Shown here: piece after piece, positions 61,805 through 64,000 of the stretch
Position numbering within the stretch: the stretch's first letter is position 1
Layout of the letters: each line of letters opens with the position of its first letter
Assembly: GCA_033856675.1 (NCBI GenBank)
Contig: JAWVEN010000032.1
Coordinates: forward strand, 41,081 to 105,080
Length of the DNA: 64,000 nt
From: Gaiellales bacterium
GTDB taxonomy: Bacteria > Actinomycetota > Thermoleophilia > Gaiellales > JAICJC01
Direction: 5' to 3'
Translations under genes and position numbers: made by a program
Notes under the pieces: model-generated
Told to the model about the DNA's origin: nothing
Databases searched by the model: none
Seen by the model: the letters and a program-made list of their open reading frames with translations, nothing else

Positions 61805-62745
61805 CGGCCCTCACGCGAGTGCAGCGCGTAGTGGGTGTCATCCAGCCGCTCGAGCACGCCCGGATGCATGGCGCTCTCGGGCCAGCTGTCGAGCACGTCG
61901 AGGAGGTCGGTCATCAGCCCTGGAGGCTGCTCGCGCGGGGTGCGTACCTCGACCCGCCACCAACCGTCGACCTCGACCAGCATCGCCGGAAAGCCCTGGC
62001 GCCAGAGATAGTCGACCAGGTCGCCCGCCTCGGCCAGCGTGCCGGTCTGGCCGTCATGCGCGACGTCGATCTCCACGGCTGATCCCTGCGACGCCGAGTT
62101 GCGAGCTCCCACCGGCTTCTCAGCAGAGGCCGCTGCGTCGGGCGCGCCCACAGCCGACCGCGCCGGAGCGTCACGCCCGGACGGTTCCGTAGCGGGCGAT
62201 CCGGTCGGCGCAGACGACGGCGGCATGTCCCTCGACGCTGTATCGGCCGCGGCCGCCGGGTGCCGGCCAAGCGTGAGGGTGGCAAGCGAGATCAGCATGC
62301 TGCCGGCCATCACTCCGATCCCCCACCCCAGGCCGCTCAACTCGTCCGTCCATCCGAGCAACCGGTCGACCGAGAACCGCCCGCCGCCGGTGGTGGCGAT
62401 TGCGATGGCGGTCGCCCAGATGACGAGCGGAAACTCGTAGCCACCGGCCGACGCCCAGAACCCGTTCTGCCAGTGGACGGTGACGACCGCGTTCAGCATC
62501 ACCACGGCGATCGCGAGCGCCGCCAGCGGCGTCAGGAAGCCGGCGGCGAAGGCCAGCCCTCCTACGAACTCGGCCAGCCCGGCGAGGATCGCCATCGCGT
62601 ACGGGTTCCTGAACCTGAGGCCGCCAAATGCGTCCGCAGTTCCCCGCGGCCCCGGCCCGTCGAACGAGCCGAACAGCTTCTGTGCCCCGTGGCCGGCGAT
62701 CGCCAGACCGAGCACGATTCGCAACAAGAGAATTCCATACGACAC
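61801..62745 (-). CDS. DoxX-family 4-TM membrane protein fused to a Pro/Ala/Ser linker and an unknown ~95-aa C-terminal domain
   Basis: MSYGILLLRIVLGLAIAGHGAQKLFG.. is the DoxX signature. C-terminal part ..VEIDVAHDGQTGTLAEAGDLVDYLWRQGFPAMLVEVDGWWRVEV.. is unassigned. Confidence 0.8.
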   Translation of the reverse strand: MSYGILLLRIVLGLAIAGHGAQKLFGSFDGPGPRGTADAFGGLRFRNPYAMAILAGLAEFVGGLAFAAGFLTPLAALAIAVVMLNAVVTVHWQNGFWASAGGYEFPLVIWATAIAIATTGGGRFSVDRLLGWTDELSGLGWGIGVMAGSMLISLATLTLGRHPAAAADTASRDMPPSSAPTGSPATEPSGRDAPARSAVGAPDAAASAEKPVGARNSASQGSAVEIDVAHDGQTGTLAEAGDLVDYLWRQGFPAMLVEVDGWWRVEVRTPREQPPGLMTDLLDVLDSWPESAMHPGVLERLDDTHYALHSREGR

Positions 62746-62893
62746 GTGTTCTGCTCCCCTCCGTCGTCCCCCGGCTCGGTGAGGTCGAGCCGGCGCCCGC
62801 GACCGGCATCGGGAGAATTACCCGGGCCGCTTCGGACGGCATCTGTGAACCCCCCAGTCATGTCGAACCCGGATGTTCTGCCTGCAGGCGCGG

Positions 62894-64000
62894 TCAGTCG
62901 GACTCGCGCACGAGGGCAGCCAGCTGCGTGCGGGTGGTGACGTCCAGCTTTCGGAAGATCTTGTGGAGGTGGTACTCCACGGTCCGTGGGCTGATGTACA
63001 GCTGCTGAGCGATCTGCGGGTTTGTGGAGCCCTCCGACACCAGACGGGCGATGCGCGCTTCCTGCGCTGTCAGCTCCTCGATGGGCTGCTCGATCGCACG
63101 TGGCGCCACGCGCTCGCCCGTCGCCAGCAGCTCGATCCGGGCTCGCTCGTCGAATGCGCCCGCCCCGATGCTCTCGAAGAGCCCGTGGGCCATCCGAAGC
63201 TGGGCACGGGCATCGCGGCGGCGACGCTCGCGCCGGAGCCATTCGCCGTACAGCAGATGGGTCCGCGCGAGGCTCGGAACGGAGCGGGAGCGTCGCAGCC
63301 GCTCCAGAGCGGAGAGGTAGAGCGATTCGGCCTCGGCGCCCTCGGCCAGCAAGGCCTGAGAGCGGGCGAGCGTACCGAGCGCCCAGTCGGTGCCGCTCGG
63401 CACCGTCCGTTCCTCGAGCCGGCTGACGGCGCCTGCCGCCAACTCGGTCTCCCCGAGCCGGACGGCGGCTTCGATCACTTCGGGAAGGACCTGCGTGGCG
63501 AGATAGAGCGCCCGGTCTTCGCACACTTCCAGGGCCGCCGCGAGCGCCGCCTCGTAGTTGCCGAGCCCCATCTCGAGCACCGCCGTCGCATACTGCGCGA
63601 ACGTGACGTACCGTCCGAGCCCCCGCGCGACGGCGTCACGCCTGGCCGCTACGGCGAGATCTCGCGTTTCCGGGCGTCCCTGCCACGCCGCAACGATCAG
63701 GACACCTGCGTCGGCGTGGCTTGCAAACGGGTCGCCGCCGGCAGCCGCGAGGTCCCGGGCTTCGTCGAACCAGGCAGCGGCCGCGTGTAGCCGTCCCGAA
63801 AGGACGTCGTCGAGGCCGCCCAGCTGGTGCAGCGCCGTGGTCAGGTGTGAGAGCTGCCCAGCCTCACGGGCGAGCTGCACATGCCGGTTCGCCAGGCCGT
63901 GAAGGCCCTCGTCGTCCCAGATCTCGATGGCGGCGAGGGCGCCGAGCGGGAGCCAGCGCACGTCATCCTCCCGCCGAAGGCCCGCGATCGCCCGGCGCAG
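62894..64000 (-). CDS. LuxR-family regulator of the large ATP-binding (LAL/MalT-like) type, C-terminal part; 5' end outside the window
   Basis: C-terminal HTH LTAQEARIARLVSEGSTNPQIAQQLYISPRTVEYHLHKIFRKL preceded by helical TPR-like repeats. Frame stays open to position 64000. Confidence 0.8.
   Translation of the reverse strand: MRRAIAGLRREDDVRWLPLGALAAIEIWDDEGLHGLANRHVQLAREAGQLSHLTTALHQLGGLDDVLSGRLHAAAAWFDEARDLAAAGGDPFASHADAGVLIVAAWQGRPETRDLAVAARRDAVARGLGRYVTFAQYATAVLEMGLGNYEAALAAALEVCEDRALYLATQVLPEVIEAAVRLGETELAAGAVSRLEERTVPSGTDWALGTLARSQALLAEGAEAESLYLSALERLRRSRSVPSLARTHLLYGEWLRRERRRRDARAQLRMAHGLFESIGAGAFDERARIELLATGERVAPRAIEQPIEELTAQEARIARLVSEGSTNPQIAQQLYISPRTVEYHLHKIFRKLDVTTRTQLAALVRESD

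Noticed and set aside
1-64000. Search for mobile elements, integrases, tRNA/rRNA genes, toxin-antitoxin pairs and known defence systems.
   Set aside because: No transposase, integrase or recombinase motifs were seen. No T-loop-like tRNA sequences appear in the few intergenic gaps. No nuclease, helicase or methylase gene sets typical of defence islands are present. The window reads as core/accessory metabolism.

Overview
Very GC-rich, gene-dense chromosomal segment with actinobacterial-type codon usage and many 4-nt ATGA/GTGA start-stop overlaps. I call about 64 protein-coding genes. I recognised no rRNA, tRNA, CRISPR array, transposase or integrase.

Blocks in order:
- 1-13.1 kb, housekeeping and signalling: LigD-Pol fragment, dodecin, an unusual ClpC-like ATPase, a large tandem-repeat secreted protein, F420-type enzymes, a PAS-GGDEF-EAL protein, a MEDS/RsbW-like kinase, and a Rieske oxygenase with an Lrp regulator.
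- 13.1-18.5 kb, envelope module: HtrA protease, OmpR-type response regulator, histidine kinase, two small secreted Cys-motif/His-Asp-rich proteins, and a two-domain cupredoxin lipoprotein.
- 18.7-33.9 kb: 17 co-directional genes. The core is an atypical soluble diiron monooxygenase operon (beta, effector, alpha, small subunit) joined to a thioredoxin-like [2Fe-2S] ferredoxin, a NuoF-like flavoprotein, a GroEL-like chaperonin, amidohydrolases, RidA proteins, an HpaB-like oxygenase, an NCS1 permease and two IclR regulators. A MerR-XRE-cupin fusion regulator is divergent from it.
- 35.0-45.7 kb: hydantoinase / racemase / carbamoylase operon fused to a peptide-type ABC importer, a TetR regulator and an MDR dehydrogenase.
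- 45.8-47.9 kb: a degenerate-filter channel-like protein and an MFS-cNMP fusion.
- 47.9-56.6 kb: sugar locus with GH4, a class I aldolase, two PfkB kinases, an ABC importer, a SIS protein and a DeoR regulator.
- 56.6-64 kb, miscellaneous: serine hydrolase, MsrB, SDR, RraA-like protein, a DoxX-fusion gene overlapping a sigma-70 gene, and a partial LuxR/LAL regulator.

The strongest novelty candidates are the diiron monooxygenase system, whose beta-like subunit keeps a full diiron ligand set and which has NuoE/NuoF-type redox partners, and the small secreted C-x11-C / His-Asp-rich proteins in the HtrA two-component cupredoxin cluster. All functional calls come from motif and family recognition by eye. 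No database search was run.
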